From positions 800,001 through 864,000 of the forward strand of contig OZ219747.1 in the NCBI GenBank assembly GCA_964291265.2: a stretch of 64,000 nucleotides of DNA. The letters are read 5' to 3'. The DNA comes from Alphaproteobacteria bacterium. GTDB taxonomy: Bacteria; Pseudomonadota; Alphaproteobacteria; SP197. Shown in pieces: positions 50,690-60,529 of the stretch. The notes under the pieces were generated by a model, which was not told where the DNA came from, searched no databases, and worked only from the letters and a program-made list of their open reading frames with translations. Numbering within the stretch: the stretch's first letter is position 1; every line of letters begins with the position of its first letter. The position numbers and the translations under genes were made by a program.

Positions 50690-51465
50690 GGGGCAGCGCC
50701 GATTCCGCGATGCGCGCCCACGAGCCCGCGCCCAGGGGCAGGATGTCGTCGTTGACGTCGCAGTGCGGACTGTGGAGGAGGCAGCCACCCTCGTTGGGCC
50801 CGTTGCCGATGAGGTTGCAGCAGCCGGTCATTCCTGCAGCATGGCGGCGAAGCCCTCAGGGTCCACGGAACCCGCCGATGTGATCTCTTGAGCGTTCCCG
50901 GCACCGGTTCAGGCCGGCGGCGCGGTCGGGCATCGCCGCATGGTGAGCTGCTGGTCGTTACCTCGAAGATGTCGCGTGCTTGCGAGGAACGGTCCCTTGC
51001 GCACAGGCAAGACGCCCGACCTCGAGACCCGGTGCGTCGTGCCTGCCGCAGACTTCCCCGCAGGGACAGAGATCGAAGAGACCGTCCTCGATCATCACCC
51101 GGCCGGCCGGAAGACGACGTGAACCGTGCCGTCGACGCTCCGCTTGCATGGAAAGATGACGCACCGCCTCCAGACAACATGGCGGCGTGGCCGTCATGAC
51201 CGCAGGCATGCATCGTTCCGTCACGGGTCGAGCGGCGATCGGCCCTCAAGACCGATGTGCCTCGCTCCGTTGCCGGACCTCAGCGTTCCCGCCACTCCCG
51301 TGCCGACGAGACCGCGATGGACCTCGATGCCGAGGCGTCAAGCAGGCCCGCGACCATGTCGGAGGCCCTGGTCTCCTCGAAGGCCGTTTCCGGGTATTGA
51401 TGGATGTCGCGCCTCCAGCGGAGCATGTCGGCCTGCCAGTTAAGCGATCGTCCGATGATGGCCAT
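50690..51465 (-). pseudogene. M20 amidohydrolase (hippurate hydrolase-like) pseudogene
   Basis: WRRDIHQYPETAFEE, MHACGHDGH and LHSPHCDVNDDILPLGA lie in different frames, with deletions. Confidence 0.85.
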
Positions 51466-51487
51466 GATCCTCATCCCGGCGCGTCAG

Positions 51488-53560
51488 TCAGGCGCCTGGC
51501 ACGACGAGGGCATCGACGGCCACGGCGCCGTCCACCCCGGCGATCACCGGATTGAGATCGAGTTCCGCGATCATGTCGCCGAGCGAGGCAACCAGCACCG
51601 AAAAGCGGGCCAGCATCTCGGCCAGGGCCCTGCGGTCGCTCGCGGGCCTGCCCCGCACGCCGTCGAGCAGACGCCCCGCCCTCAAGCGGTCGATGAGGGC
51701 CAGGGCCGCGTCGGCATCGAGGGGCGGAACGGCGAGAAGGCTGTCGTCGACCACCTCGGCCAGGACACCTCCCGCCGCCACCAGGACGAGAGGCCCGAAA
51801 GTCTCGTCGCGAACCAGACCGAACATCATCTCGACCCCGGGTGGCGCCATGGGTGCGACAAGTGCGCGGGGACCCAGGCGCGACACCATCTCCTGCCAAG
51901 CCTCGAGGAGGGCTTCTTCGTCTTCGATCCCCAGCCTGACACCGCCGATATCGCTCTTGTGATGGTGTCCTGGCATGGCCGTCTTGAGAACCAGCGGGCC
52001 GGAGAACCTCGTCGCCGCTGCCATCACATCGTCAGCGGTCTCCACGATCACCGGATGCGTGGTCGCGCACCCGAAGTCCCGAACCAGCGCCAGGCCCTCG
52101 GCCTCCTCGAGGGCGCCGCCCTTGGCCAGGCGGCTGCGCCAGTGTCTGACGACCTCATCCGGCGGCGCATCGGGCGGCCGCATCGGCCGATGGTCACGCA
52201 GGGCCAGCATGCGCGAAAAGGCGGTCACGGCGGCGCCGAGGCCGTCGATCAGCGGTATGCCGGCCGCGGCGAGTTCGCGCGCCTTCTCGTGCACGACGGC
52301 GGCGGGTACGCAGTTGGCGAAGCACATCGGCTTGCCGGTGCGTTCCGCGATCCTCCTGGCAGGTTCGATGCAGGGTGTGCGGAAGACATCGAAATCGCGG
52401 ATGTCGGCGACCCACAGTCCGGCGGACGAGCCGGGGTCCGACATCAGCGCATCCCAGCATTCGGTGTAGATTTCCACGAAATTCCTTCCGGTCCCCCAGG
52501 CGTCGACCGGATTGGTCGCCTCGAGTCCATGCTCGAGACAGGCTGCCATGCGCCGGGTGGTGGCCTCGGAGACGGCAGCGAAGGGTACCTCGTGGCGGTG
52601 TGCGAGGTCGACGAGATGTTCCCGCTCGCCTCCCGAATCCGTGAGGGCGACGATGCCGCCCGGCCAGAACCGCCGCGGCTGGACGGCCATCTGCAGCGTG
52701 GCGATCAGGGCATCGATGTCGTCGACCCTCTGGACGGCATGATGCCGGAAGACGGCATCGTAGGCGTCATCGTTGCCGGCAAGGGCGCCGGAATGGGTGC
52801 GGGCCATGCGGATGCTCTCCGGCGTTCGCGCGAACTTGATCGCCACCACGGGAACATCGCGTTCGAGAGCCCTCGTGGCCATCTCGCGGAAGCGGGCGGC
52901 ATCGCGGACGGTCTCGAGAACGAGACCGATCGCTCGCGTCGATTCGAGACCGAGCGCGTAGTCCATGTAGTCGCCGGCCGTGACGGCGATCTCCTGGCCC
53001 GATGTCACCGTGAGATTGAAGCCCAGCCGGCCGTCGGTCTGGAGCATGCCGAGGTAGATCGAGCCCGATTGCGAAATCAGTGTGACCGGACCGACGTCGA
53101 GACTGGAACGTCCGCCCGACAGTGTCACCTGCACCCTCTCCTCCCGGTTGACGAACCCGGCTCCGTTACCGCCGCACACGAGAAGGGAGGCCTCGCGGGC
53201 CTTGCGTTTCAGACGCTCGAGAAGAGGAGGATCCCCGTCGTTCTCCACGTAGCACGAGGCGAAGATCGTCACCGCCTTCACGCCGGCGGCGATCGCCTCG
53301 TCGAAGACCCTCTCGAGACTGCGGTTGGAAACATTGAGCATCGCGTGCTCGACCGGCCGGCCGATCGAGGCGATGTCGCCGTGGCAGGGCACCCCGTCGA
53401 TGTCGTCATGGCGCGGATTGACGAGAAAGAGATCGCCGGAATAGCCGATCTCGCGGATGGCCTGCCAGGACGACCAGCCGAAGGATTCGCGGTTCGCGGA
53501 AGCGCCGACGACGGCGATCGAGCGAGGGTTGAGAAGGGGGCGCAGTCGGTGTTCGGTCAT
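51488..53560 (-). CDS. Acetate/acyl-CoA ligase (ADP-forming) family protein
   Basis: PRSIAVVGAS, SQSGS, HSGALAG, NPVD, HKSDIGGV, ELDLNP. Confidence 0.92.
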   Translation of the reverse strand: MTEHRLRPLLNPRSIAVVGASANRESFGWSSWQAIREIGYSGDLFLVNPRHDDIDGVPCHGDIASIGRPVEHAMLNVSNRSLERVFDEAIAAGVKAVTIFASCYVENDGDPPLLERLKRKAREASLLVCGGNGAGFVNREERVQVTLSGGRSSLDVGPVTLISQSGSIYLGMLQTDGRLGFNLTVTSGQEIAVTAGDYMDYALGLESTRAIGLVLETVRDAARFREMATRALERDVPVVAIKFARTPESIRMARTHSGALAGNDDAYDAVFRHHAVQRVDDIDALIATLQMAVQPRRFWPGGIVALTDSGGEREHLVDLAHRHEVPFAAVSEATTRRMAACLEHGLEATNPVDAWGTGRNFVEIYTECWDALMSDPGSSAGLWVADIRDFDVFRTPCIEPARRIAERTGKPMCFANCVPAAVVHEKARELAAAGIPLIDGLGAAVTAFSRMLALRDHRPMRPPDAPPDEVVRHWRSRLAKGGALEEAEGLALVRDFGCATTHPVIVETADDVMAAATRFSGPLVLKTAMPGHHHKSDIGGVRLGIEDEEALLEAWQEMVSRLGPRALVAPMAPPGVEMMFGLVRDETFGPLVLVAAGGVLAEVVDDSLLAVPPLDADAALALIDRLRAGRLLDGVRGRPASDRRALAEMLARFSVLVASLGDMIAELDLNPVIAGVDGAVAVDALVVPGA

Positions 53561-54149
53561 GCAGTGGAGCCGGATTGGAACGCCGCCGCGGACTATAGGC
53601 AGAATGCCGCGTCGGGGCGATAGCCTGATCGTGCGGTCTTCATGACGGCGCTCAACCTGCCACACAGGCGCCGCTGCTTGAGCGGACCCGCCGATCCGGA
53701 GGTCGCTTAGCGGCAAGCCTGAACTCGGCCCGCTGCCAGCCGACCGGCGCGACACAGGTCCCGCCCGCCAGGGCTTGCATGGCGCAGGCACTCCGTGATG
53801 ATGCCGAGACACCGCAGATCGTGACGCTCCTCAGCCAGACTGTCCCGGAGCCGGTGTTCACGTGCACCTCGGCGAAGGTCGATGTGAGGAACCCGGGGTC
53901 GCGGGCATCGTCATGGTCGGCACACTGCCACGGCGAAAACGGAATGATCAGCCCGAAAACGAGCATGCGCCGAGCGCCGGGTACGACAACGGAAAGGTCT
54001 TGCGTGCGCGGGTGCGGTTCTCGTACGGGGTCGATGGCGCCTGCCAGGAACCCCCTTTCGAGCGATGAAACGTGTCAAGGTGGCCGGGGGGATTCTGGCA
54101 GACACCAGATAGTTCAGGGTCCGCCATTCGTCAGGTGCCGTTGTTGCAC

Positions 54150-55271
54150 CTACATGCCGAGCTTCACCTCTTCCCACAGGTTGACGTACTTCTCGTCAAA
54201 CTCGGGCGGAATGGGCGCCAGGATACCCTTCGCCAGGAAGGCTTCGGGGTCCGTGAGGCCGGACTCCGCAATGGCCTCTGCCGGAACGAGATCGAAGGAC
54301 TTGGCGTTGGAGGCGCCATATTGATACCGTTCGATCAGGTAGGCGCCGGCTTCCGGTGACATCATGGCGTCCAGGAAGTCGTAGACCCGCTCGTCGCTGG
54401 CCACGCGGCTCTCGGGACTGGTGAGAACGAAACCGCAGACCCAGTTGCGGGCTCCTTCCTTGGGTGACATGTACTTGACCGGCAGGCCCTGGTCGGCAAC
54501 CGTCTTGTAGAGATTGTTCCAGGCGTAGGTGGCCACCAGTTCGCCGGCGACCATGGCCTGACCGGCCTCGGACTGGCTCTCCCAGTAGAACCGCAACACG
54601 TCGCGTTGCTGTTCCAGGAGCTTCCTCACCTCCACCAGCTGTTCGTCGCTCAAGGATTCCAGATTGGTGTAGCCCAGAACCTGCGCCGCCACCTGCACGC
54701 CGGCCTGCGGTGAATCGTAGGTTGACAGCTTGCCCTTGTAGCGCGGGTCGAACAGCAGGCTCCAGGATTCCTCCTCGATCTCCACGAGGTCGGTGCGATA
54801 GAGGATCGAGGAATTTCCCCAGTCCCACGGAACAAAGAGGTTCTCGCCGTCTTCGGTCAGGGTGGTCCCGATGCTCCTCAGGGACTCGAAGTAGTCAGGC
54901 CAGTGCTTCATGCGAGCCGTGTCGAAAGGCACGATGATGCCGGAGGCGTACCACTCCGTGACACCTCCCGAACAGGGGTGGCCGAGGTCGGTCTTGTAAC
55001 CGGCGAGGATCTTGTTCTTGGCCTCGGTCGTGCCGGCAAAGAACGTGATGTTGGGCGACGTCCCGTACTTGTCCAGATAGGCTTGGTGAAACATCGGGTC
55101 TTCGTATCCCGCCCAGGTGAAGAAGTTCGCCTCGTTCTGCTGTGCGGCCGCAGAACTGCCGACGAGAGGTGTGGTGACCACACCGATGCCGAGTGCGCCG
55201 AGCGTGCTGTGAAGAGTGCGTCGATCCATCTTTCCCGAGAGGAGTTGGTCGACAGGATCACATGATACCAT
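54150..55271 (-). CDS. Polyamine-type ABC transporter substrate-binding protein (PotD/PotF-like)
   Basis: FTWAGYEDP, PWDWG, YRTDL, PKEG..WVCG; twin-Arg-like MDRR. Start 55271 or 55289. Confidence 0.85.
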   Translation of the reverse strand: MVSCDPVDQLLSGKMDRRTLHSTLGALGIGVVTTPLVGSSAAAQQNEANFFTWAGYEDPMFHQAYLDKYGTSPNITFFAGTTEAKNKILAGYKTDLGHPCSGGVTEWYASGIIVPFDTARMKHWPDYFESLRSIGTTLTEDGENLFVPWDWGNSSILYRTDLVEIEEESWSLLFDPRYKGKLSTYDSPQAGVQVAAQVLGYTNLESLSDEQLVEVRKLLEQQRDVLRFYWESQSEAGQAMVAGELVATYAWNNLYKTVADQGLPVKYMSPKEGARNWVCGFVLTSPESRVASDERVYDFLDAMMSPEAGAYLIERYQYGASNAKSFDLVPAEAIAESGLTDPEAFLAKGILAPIPPEFDEKYVNLWEEVKLGM

Positions 55272-55387
55272 TGCTTGTGGTCCCCCCATTGTTGCATCAA
55301 GGATAGCAGACGCTGGGGAAGAAACCACACTGCGTCCATGTCCCGAAGACAAGAGCATGGACGGTGCCGACAAGGTGACCTGGATTC

Positions 55388-55463
<76 letters not shown>

Positions 55464-55758
55464 CCATCGGGAAGCGCCGATGTAGGTCCGATGCCCGGAC
55501 TTGTCAAGACTTCCGGCGCCTTCCTGACCGTCTCACGAGAGAACCAGCTTCAGGTCGAACCGGTAACGCAGACGGGCACCGATGGCGCCGGCCGGATGTT
55601 GCGGTCTGCTCTGTTCGAGAATGTTGCGTGCCTTAGCGGATGCGGCCGAAAGGATGTCCCGGGCACCATCCGCCCCCCGTTCCCCGATGGAGCAGCGGTC
55701 GGCCGTGCCGAGGCAGAGAAAGTCGGTTTCCATGTGCGCCCACGTGGTCGGCCGGCCG

Positions 55759-55874
55759 GGGAAGCGTTCGGTCAATAGGGTGACGACGATGAGGATCACA
55801 GAGGCAACTGCGCATGGCCCCGGGACTCGCTCAGTGCTGTCATCGCCCCAATCACCGCGTGACCGAACGCTTGC
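55759..55874 (+). mobile_element. IS66-derived MITE, copy 1
   Basis: TIRs GGAAGCGTTCGGTCA / TGACCGAACGCTTGC; 8-bp direct repeat GCCGGCCG at 55751-55758 and 55875-55882. Confidence 0.8.
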
Positions 55875-56261
55875 GCCGGCCGAGGAAGCGGCCCTCGCCG
55901 TCAACCACCCCGGCGATGTCGCCGACATCAAGGGTCCCTTCGTTCACTTCCACGGGGACCAGTGTCCCGATGACGGCGCTCAGCATGTCGTTGTCGATGA
56001 CACGAGACATCGGCGAAATAAGTCATCAGTCCGGCCTGCAACCCGCAGGCCTGGGTTGACCGTTGCATCCAGCCGGGGCTGCCAGGATGACGGCAAGACA
56101 GCGCTCGTGGTCGGCCGGAGGCTATCGGTCCTGCTGGCCGTCGCCCCGGCGGTCGTCGAGTTGGGCAAATCGTAGTGGCGCGCCATCTGCACCGCGTCGA
56201 CGGTCAGGAGCGCACGCTCTCCGTCGCCGCCCTCCATGGTACCGGGCTTGAGGTCCGTCAC

Positions 56262-56381
56262 GCAAGCGTTCGGTCACGCAGGAGCATCATGGAACTGAGT
56301 GAATGCTGGCGAGACACGGGATATGTGCGTGGTTGCCGCCGTCATCCTCATCCATCGTCACCCTGTGACCGAACGCATAAC
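56262..56381 (-). mobile_element. IS66-derived MITE, copy 2 (inverted, diverged)
   Basis: GCAAGCGTTCGGTCA ... TGACCGAACGCATAAC; interior aligns with copy 1 (GGGTGACGA..GATGAGGAT, GGCAAC, CTCGC). Confidence 0.72.
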
Positions 56382-56489
56382 TCCATACTCCATGGGGACG
56401 CGCTCCAAGGATCACTCGTGCCTGTGGGTTGACGAGCCAGGCAACGACCATGCCCGCCAGTATCCCGGCGATGGTCTGTGCCAATGAAC

Positions 56490-57090
56490 CGGCCATGGTG
56501 ACGGGACTCCCTTGGCGCGATCGAAGTCGTCGCGGTTCGGCAACATGACATCGGTGGGCGATTGAGCACGGCGCCGGCAAGCCGTTCACTGGCGAACGCC
56601 GAAGTCCATTCCTGGACGGGCAGGTCGGAGGTCATGACGGTGGCGCCGGTCCCGCAGCGCCGGCTGAAGACATCAAACAGGAGTTCACTCCTTGCCTGCG
56701 AGAGGGCACATGTCCGATCTCGCGTACGATCAGCAGGTTCATCCTGGCGAGCTGGTCCTCGAAGCGGAACAGCCTCTGGTCGTCGCGTGCCTCGATCACT
56801 TCGTGAGCCGCCGGACCGTGCGGTCCGTCCTGAGGCCGAGCATTCCAGCCGCACTGGCTCTGCGGTCGGGACACAAGGCGGCAACCGTCCTCCGGGTTGC
56901 AGCGGAGCCTGATTCCCAGACGCCATTCCTGTTGCAGGCACCCATGATCGGGCCGGCGATGAACGTGGACATGTCCTTGACTTCATGCACCGGCCCCCCG
57001 GTCCTGCCGCCATGGCGAATTGCGGGGAATTCCACCGCGCAAAGGAGGCGCAGTGACAGGCCTTCCTCTCTTCGCGCCTTCCAGATCGCG
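56490..57090 (-). mobile_element. IS21-family remnant (istB and trace of istA)
   Basis: HEVIEARDDQRL..LLIVREIGHVP / SELLFDVFSRR..TSDLP..EWTSAFASERLAGAVLNR, frameshifted. Confidence 0.8.
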
Positions 57091-57172
57091 ATCTGTTGAC
57101 TTCCAATTGGCGCTCTCCTGACTTCCAATCAGCCGATGTCGATGGTTCCAATTGTCTGTACCCGGAGATGGG

Positions 57173-57242
57173 ATGTTCAAGCGGTTTGTAGAGCGCCGGG
57201 CCGCCGAGGCTCTTTCGGATACGCCCGTGGTTCTCATTGTGG
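57173..57242 (+). pseudogene. 5' stub of an AAA_14-type ATP-binding protein, cut by the IS66 element
   Basis: GGAG RBS, then MFKRFVERRAAEALSDTPVVLIV(G), ending at the TIR just before the expected Walker A. Confidence 0.65.
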
Positions 57243-57328
57243 GTAAGCGTTCGGCCGTTCGGTGATGGCTGATTTTGGTTGGTTTGGGTCTTGCTGACTA
57301 TCGTCTGAGAAAGAGCTGGTAAACTCGT

Positions 57329-59785
57329 TTGGTCTCGATTATGGTCGAGGCCATGAAGACTTTTGCCGAGACGCGCGGAGCGACACAGCAGCTGACGGGA
57401 GGTGGTGACGGCCTATGTCGGGCGTCAGTGGCCTTGTCATGCGAGGCGCCTGACTGGCGTGCGCTCTATGAGGCGGAGCGGGTTCGTGCGGATGCGGCGG
57501 AAGCGAGCATGCGGTGTGCCAGGCGAACTGGCGGAAGGTAGGGGGTGAAAGTCCCCTGGAACGAAGGAGTAACCAAACCACGTTTCTCCGCGAGCCGTGC
57601 GTCGGTTCCCGCGAGGGGGCAGGCGAAGCGTCGGTAGCGGTACGGATGGGCAGGGCTAATGAGCACCGAAAAAGCTATCATCCGGGGTGCCGAGGCTTTC
57701 GCATTGGTCGAAGGCAACATCGCAGGCATCGATTTGGTGAGATGTCGGCGAGCCCCGCGGTGTCAGAGAACCCATGCACGTCCGCACGCCTTCTGTTGGG
57801 ACCCTGGGAGATCTTCAAACCGTCCCGCCGGTTGTGGCGGGACCGCATGGGGAAGGAGAAAACCGAAGCCTATGATGTACGGTTTGAAGAAGTCGGATGA
57901 GGCCGTAGTACCTGTGAAGGCGGCGAACAAGGAAGCGTTAGCTTCTGCGGAGTCGCTGGAGGAAAGGGCCTCAACCAAGGGGAATCCGGGACGCTAAAGC
58001 ACGCACCGAACGCAGTGTCGGGCAAGCGTGCCACAGGCGGCGGATCGGATACGGGAAGCCGCAGGCTAGTCCAGTGGTTTGCCGTCCAGTACCCGAGGTA
58101 GGAGCCGGATGGATTAACGTCCACGTCCGGATCTGCGCGGGGGGTGCGCAGCAATGCGCATCCCTACCGCGTCTGACCTGCGCCGTGCGAAGAATTCTGC
58201 CCGTGCCCGTGCGGGCACATTCAAGTTTCATCTCGACCGCACTCGTGATCAGCTCAAGGAGGCTCGCCGGGAGGTGAAGCGTGGACAGGTCCGAGCGGAG
58301 GCGCTGGAGCAGGAAAGGGACGCTCTGAAGCTCAAGAACGCTGAACAGGCGAGCGAGCTGAGGAATCTCCGCGGGACGCGTGCCAAGCACGCGACGGCGC
58401 GCTTCGGGTCGAAGAGCGAGAAACGGAAGAAGAAGGAAGGCACCGGGAACAAGCGGGGTCAGCAACCCGGCAAGAGCGGCCACGGGCGCACTCCGCGTCC
58501 GAAGCTCAAGGAGAAGCACGAACGCCATGATCCACCGGCATCGCAGCGCACGTGCCCGTGTTGCGGCGAGCCCTATGTGGCCAACGGCAGCCACGAGACC
58601 TCGATCATGGAGGTCCATGTCAAGGCTCATATCCGGCGGATTGAACGTGGGCGTTGGCGCCGTGGTTGTCAGTGTTCGTCGGCGCCTGCGGAGATCATCG
58701 CGCCGCCACCTTTGCGCTTGCTTGCGAATACCCCCTTCGGCATCAGTGTCTGGGAATGCGTGCTCTATGAGCGCTTCGCCTGCTTGCGTCCCCTGCGCCG
58801 GGTCTCGCGATGGCTGGAAGACCAGGGACTGCCGATGGCGCCGGGAACGATCGCTGGCGGCATGAAGAAGATGACGCCGATGTTCGCGCCTCTCGCTCAG
58901 GCCATCCTCGATCATCAGAACCGGCTGACGGTGCGCCACGGCGACGAGACCAGCTGGCGCATCCAGTCCCTCAAGGCCTCGGGGCGCTCGCAGAAGGCCT
59001 GGCTGTGGACCGCGGTCAGCGCCGACTCCGTCTTCTTCCTTATCGACCCGTCACGCAGCGCCCGGGTGGCCATGGTGCTGTTCGCCTCCACCGAAGGTGT
59101 CGTCTTCCTTGTTTGCGACCGCTACGTGGTCTACAGGAAACTGGAGCGTGAGCTTGATGGCAAGGTGATCCTCTGCCTTTGCTGGGCGCACTCCAGGCGC
59201 GATGTGATCGAGGCTGCGGCAGGCCAGGAGGGGCTGGAAGAGTGGTGCGACAAGTGGCTCGACAGGATCGCGCTGATCTACACACTGAATGGGCAACGGC
59301 TGAAGCACTACGATCCCGCACGCAAGCGTCAGTCAGCGAGGTTCAATGCCCTGCAGAAGGACCTTCGTGCGGCTGTCGAGGCGCTGTTCAGGCAGGCTCA
59401 GGAGGAACTCGACGCCTTGCCCGAGGGTGCACGCGAAGCGAAGCCCTTGCGTTCCCTGATCCGTCACCGCGAGGGACTGTGCGTCTTTGTCGACCATCCC
59501 CAGGTGCCCATGGACAACAACTTTGCCGAGAGAGCCCTCCGGGGTGCGGTGACCGCGAGAAAGCTGAGCTTCGGCTCCGACAGCGAGGAAGGCGCCGCCT
59601 TCACCGCCATCATGTACTCGGTCATCGGCACCCTTGCCATGAACAACATCAATGTTCGGCGCTGGCTTCATGAGTGGCTTGAGGCCTGCGCGCAGAACGG
59701 CGGCAAGCCGCCGGATGACCTCGACCCGTGGCTGCCATGGTCGATGCCCCCGGAGCGTCGAAGGGACCTCATGGAACCGGGGTGA
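57329..59785 (+). CDS. IS66 transposase split by an intron: exon 1 57329-57513, exon 2 58174-59785 (598 aa spliced)
   Basis: Joined frame ...ADAAEASMR|DLRRAKNS...; CPCCG Zn finger; DDE motifs HGDETSW, VCDRY, DNNFAERALR. Start may be 57341 or 57353. Confidence 0.85.
57514..58173 (+). ncRNA. ORF-less group II intron (IIB, resembles bacterial class E)
   Basis: 5' GTGTG; D5 GAGCCGGATGGA-TTAACG-TCCACGTCCGGATC at 58102-58133 with AGC triad and AC bulge; D6 at 58137-58170 with bulged A 58166; RT ORF reduced to stubs. Confidence 0.92.
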
Positions 59786-60089
59786 TCGAGTGCCGTTACG
59801 ACGGCCGTGACTTCACCGCGCACGAGATGGCGCTGTTGCGCTCCCTGATCACCCAGCACCCCACCCGTGCGGCCATCGCCCGCGCCTTCTGCCGCGAGAC
59901 CGGCTGATACAAGCCCGACGGGGCCTCAAGAACATGATGGCGAATGTCGCCTTTCTGGCCATGCACCGCGACGGCCTCATCACCCTGCCGCCACCCCAAC
60001 GACGAGCAACCCGACCCGGACCCATCGTCTTCGGACCCAACAGCGAACCGCCACGTGGTGCGCCTCCCAAACGCATCCTCAACCGGTGA
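59782..60089 (+). pseudogene. DUF4338 (DruA-like) passenger gene, internally deleted
   Basis: GTGA overlap with the transposase stop; RYDGRDFT..FCRETG*YKPDG..LAMHRDGLITLP then directly KRILNR*. Confidence 0.75.
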
Positions 60090-60529
60090 ATATCACCAAC
60101 AATCACCGCGTGGCCGAACGCTTACCGTAACTGCTCACCCGGGTGATCCTTGATCGCCTTTTCTCGAGGACGTTCGGGTCAGGCACCTTCTTTCGTCACC
60201 TTCACGGGTCCGTTGCCGGGAACCGGATGTGCGGGCCCCGGTTGGCAAGAACCGGTCCGGTCTTCAGGCCCCTTGTTGTCCCGTGGCGTGAGGGTCTGCA
60301 GCGCGGTCCCGAAACCCTCAGCCGACGGTGCCGGTTCCGTCGGCTGCTCATGCGTTCGAGCCGGGAATCGTCCGTCGTGTCTCCTTGAAAGGGTCCGGAC
60401 GGTCGCCGCACGGATCACCGGCGTCGGCAATTCGTTGGACGAACGGGGGTCTCAACGGAGCACCGGCTTCTTGATCGGTCGGCGCGGTCGAGTTCCGTCG
60501 ACGCATCCGGATCCTGCATGGCTCTGAGT

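Larger units (their letters stand above)
57243..60125 (+). mobile_element. IS66-family element (single transposase plus DUF4338 passenger) carrying a group II intron
   Basis: Perfect 14-bp TIR GTAAGCGTTCGGCC at 57243-57256 and 60112-60125; no TSD visible. Confidence 0.9.

Noticed and set aside
53780-53900. Fragment resembling a xanthine dehydrogenase molybdopterin subunit (FAEVHVNTGSGTV)
   Set aside because: Too short to support without a profile search.
58174-58177. Alternative intron 3' end at ...TGAC (58177) giving a canonical AC
   Set aside because: It would put the branch A 12 nt from the end and shift the transposase out of frame.
57243-60125. Calling the element an IStron
   Set aside because: IStrons are group I intron fusions with IS605/IS607 elements; here a group II intron is nested within an IS66 gene.
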